Shown here piece after piece: positions 62,865-64,000 of a stretch of DNA of 64,000 bases. The position numbers and the translations under genes were made by a program. The stretch is from a virus (Duplodnaviria > Caudoviricetes), in IMG/VR virus record IMGVR_UViG_3300045002_000015, positions 1 to 64,000 of that record; one strand, given 5' to 3'. The notes under the pieces were generated by a model. That model had not been told where the DNA came from and ran no database searches. It saw only the letters and a program-made list of their open reading frames with translations. The stretch's first letter is position 1, and the number at the start of each line of letters is the position of its first letter.

Positions 62865-63078
62865 GATTTACCACTCCACAGTATCCTGCTTCCGGCCCGC
62901 GCCCCATACCGTCCATCGGCGTCCATGAAGGCAAGCACCGGGAGCACACCCAACCTTCTTCTGTTCCGTGCTCGCCGTATTTGAACCAGCCGTAGGGGCC
63001 GCGCCCCAACCATCGACCACAAGCACAACGCGGGCGCATGATCGCCTCCCACCTGCGGGTCGTATTCCCCTTGCTCAT
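62857..63078 (-). CDS. Small Cys-rich phage protein
   Basis: MSKGNTT..CACGRW..WVCSRC; ATGA overlap at 63075-63078. Confidence 0.45.
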   Translation of the reverse strand: MSKGNTTRRWEAIMRPRCACGRWLGRGPYGWFKYGEHGTEEGWVCSRCLPSWTPMDGMGRGPEAGYCGVVNHG

Positions 63079-63386
63079 TGCCGACCTTCCACATGCGCTA
63101 AGAGGTCGCGTGCTTCTTGCATCAGTCGGGCCTCGTTTGCAGCGTGCCGCTCCTGGTGCCACGCGCCGCCAGGAAGTGCCACGAAGCGCTTGACAAGGGA
63201 AAGTAGCTCCGGCGCAGCAGCAATCAGACGTGCAGTTCCAAGGTTGCCATCTGAGGCCATAAACGCGACGCGGTTGTCAGTCCCTGCGACGCAGACTTCG
63301 CTGGGGCTCCCGAGCTTGTCTCCCTGAAGCCATACGACTTCCCAGGGGCCGGGCAATGGGGTCGTTTGGGATTTACCGTCAGTCAC
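63075..63386 (-). CDS. Phage protein of the TPGPW / ARLIAAAPELL type
   Basis: PGPWEV, TARLIAAAPELL. Confidence 0.75.
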   Translation of the reverse strand: MTDGKSQTTPLPGPWEVVWLQGDKLGSPSEVCVAGTDNRVAFMASDGNLGTARLIAAAPELLSLVKRFVALPGGAWHQERHAANEARLMQEARDLLAHVEGRQ

Positions 63387-63582
63387 GTTTGCAGGCCTCC
63401 ACCATTGAGGGAGCCATCACTACGTTGCGCATACGCTCGGCGATGCGCGCTGCTTCCTTGCTGCGCTCACGGGCTGGCAGATACGCGATACCATCAACCG
63501 TGTGAGCCATGCGCACGACCCACGCACGGAGTGCAACTAGTTCTGACACCGCGTCTGGGGTCGTTTGGTTATAGTCAGCCAT
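63379..63582 (-). CDS. Small phage protein
   Basis: Coupled ORF; MADYNQTTP. Confidence 0.5.
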   Translation of the reverse strand: MADYNQTTPDAVSELVALRAWVVRMAHTVDGIAYLPARERSKEAARIAERMRNVVMAPSMVEACKRD

Positions 63583-63763
63583 GATCTACAATCCTCAACG
63601 AGCGTCGTAGGGCGCCGTCCATGACGCGCGAAAATCGAAGGTAATTCGGACACATCTCGGCACTGGTGCCCACGTAGCCTTGCAAGCAATCGGCGCGTTG
63701 TTCCATGCCACAGCCAGGGCATGGACTGGTCGTCTTGTCGTGCGGTTTCTGATGGTCACTCAT
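63575..63763 (-). CDS. Small Cys-rich phage protein
   Basis: CPGCG..DCL..MCP. Confidence 0.5.
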   Translation of the reverse strand: MSDHQKPHDKTTSPCPGCGMEQRADCLQGYVGTSAEMCPNYLRFSRVMDGALRRSLRIVDHG

Positions 63764-63941
63764 CAGCGAACATCCTGTAGCCGTTTGTGGGATGGCCGGC
63801 AGTGAACATGTCAGCAGACCGTTGAATGAAGGAGCGAGCTTCGTCCTCCGTCATCCACCCGGCATCGAAAGGCCCAGTGCCGAAGTCCTCTTCATAGGAC
63901 CACTCAGGAGCGGCCACGATATCGTCGCCGCCGATATTCAT
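63756..63941 (-). CDS. Small phage protein
   Basis: Coupled ORF; may start upstream. Confidence 0.45.
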   Translation of the reverse strand: MNIGGDDIVAAPEWSYEEDFGTGPFDAGWMTEDEARSFIQRSADMFTAGHPTNGYRMFADE

Positions 63942-64000
63942 GCGCCAGCTATCGTAGCGCGCCCGAAAGTAGAATGGTTTGCCATTTATGGTGCCCTCAG

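Larger units (their letters stand above)
62339..63941 (-). mobile_element. Array of small phage early/accessory genes, lower GC; continues beyond right edge
   Basis: DUF551-like and TPGPW/ARLIAAAPELL genes, tightly overlapping minus-strand ORFs. Confidence 0.75.

Noticed and set aside
1-64000. tRNA, rRNA, integrase, tail sheath/tape measure genes
   Set aside because: None recognised in this window; tail and integration modules may lie outside it

Overview
High-GC alphaproteobacterial-type mobile DNA; no host housekeeping, rRNA, tRNA or CRISPR features were seen. 1-37.5 kb is a temperate tailed phage arm. Its minus-strand head/packaging operon runs TerS, PBSX-type TerL, DUF1073 portal, MuF, DUF2213 protease/scaffold, cement, DUF2184 capsid, DUF4054 adaptor and is broken up by cargo: GH13 amylase, Tat-exported beta-propeller, clan GH-A glycosidase, orphan response regulator and stress proteins. 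Next come a replication arm (Prim-Pol, VapE helicase, TATACCACC repeat origin, GcrA, two DNA methyltransferases), a lambda-like cro/cI switch with TGCAGA-N3-TCTGCA operators, and a rightward exonuclease/annealase arm. That arm runs co-directionally, with no visible integrase or IS scar, into an apparently complete conjugation system (37.6-62.1 kb): VirB1-VirB11, an entry-exclusion-like gene, a GH5 glycosidase inside the vir operon, VirD4, an amidoligase/HTH/gamma-glutamylcyclotransferase cassette, a MOB_F relaxase-helicase, an R388-like oriT and a Stb-like leading operon. From 62.1 kb a lower-GC array of small phage early genes follows. The leading hypothesis is a phage-conjugative hybrid (conjugative prophage or phage-plasmid). 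Tail genes, integrase and att sites are not in the window, so the element boundaries are unresolved. All family calls come from motif recognition by eye, not from database searches.
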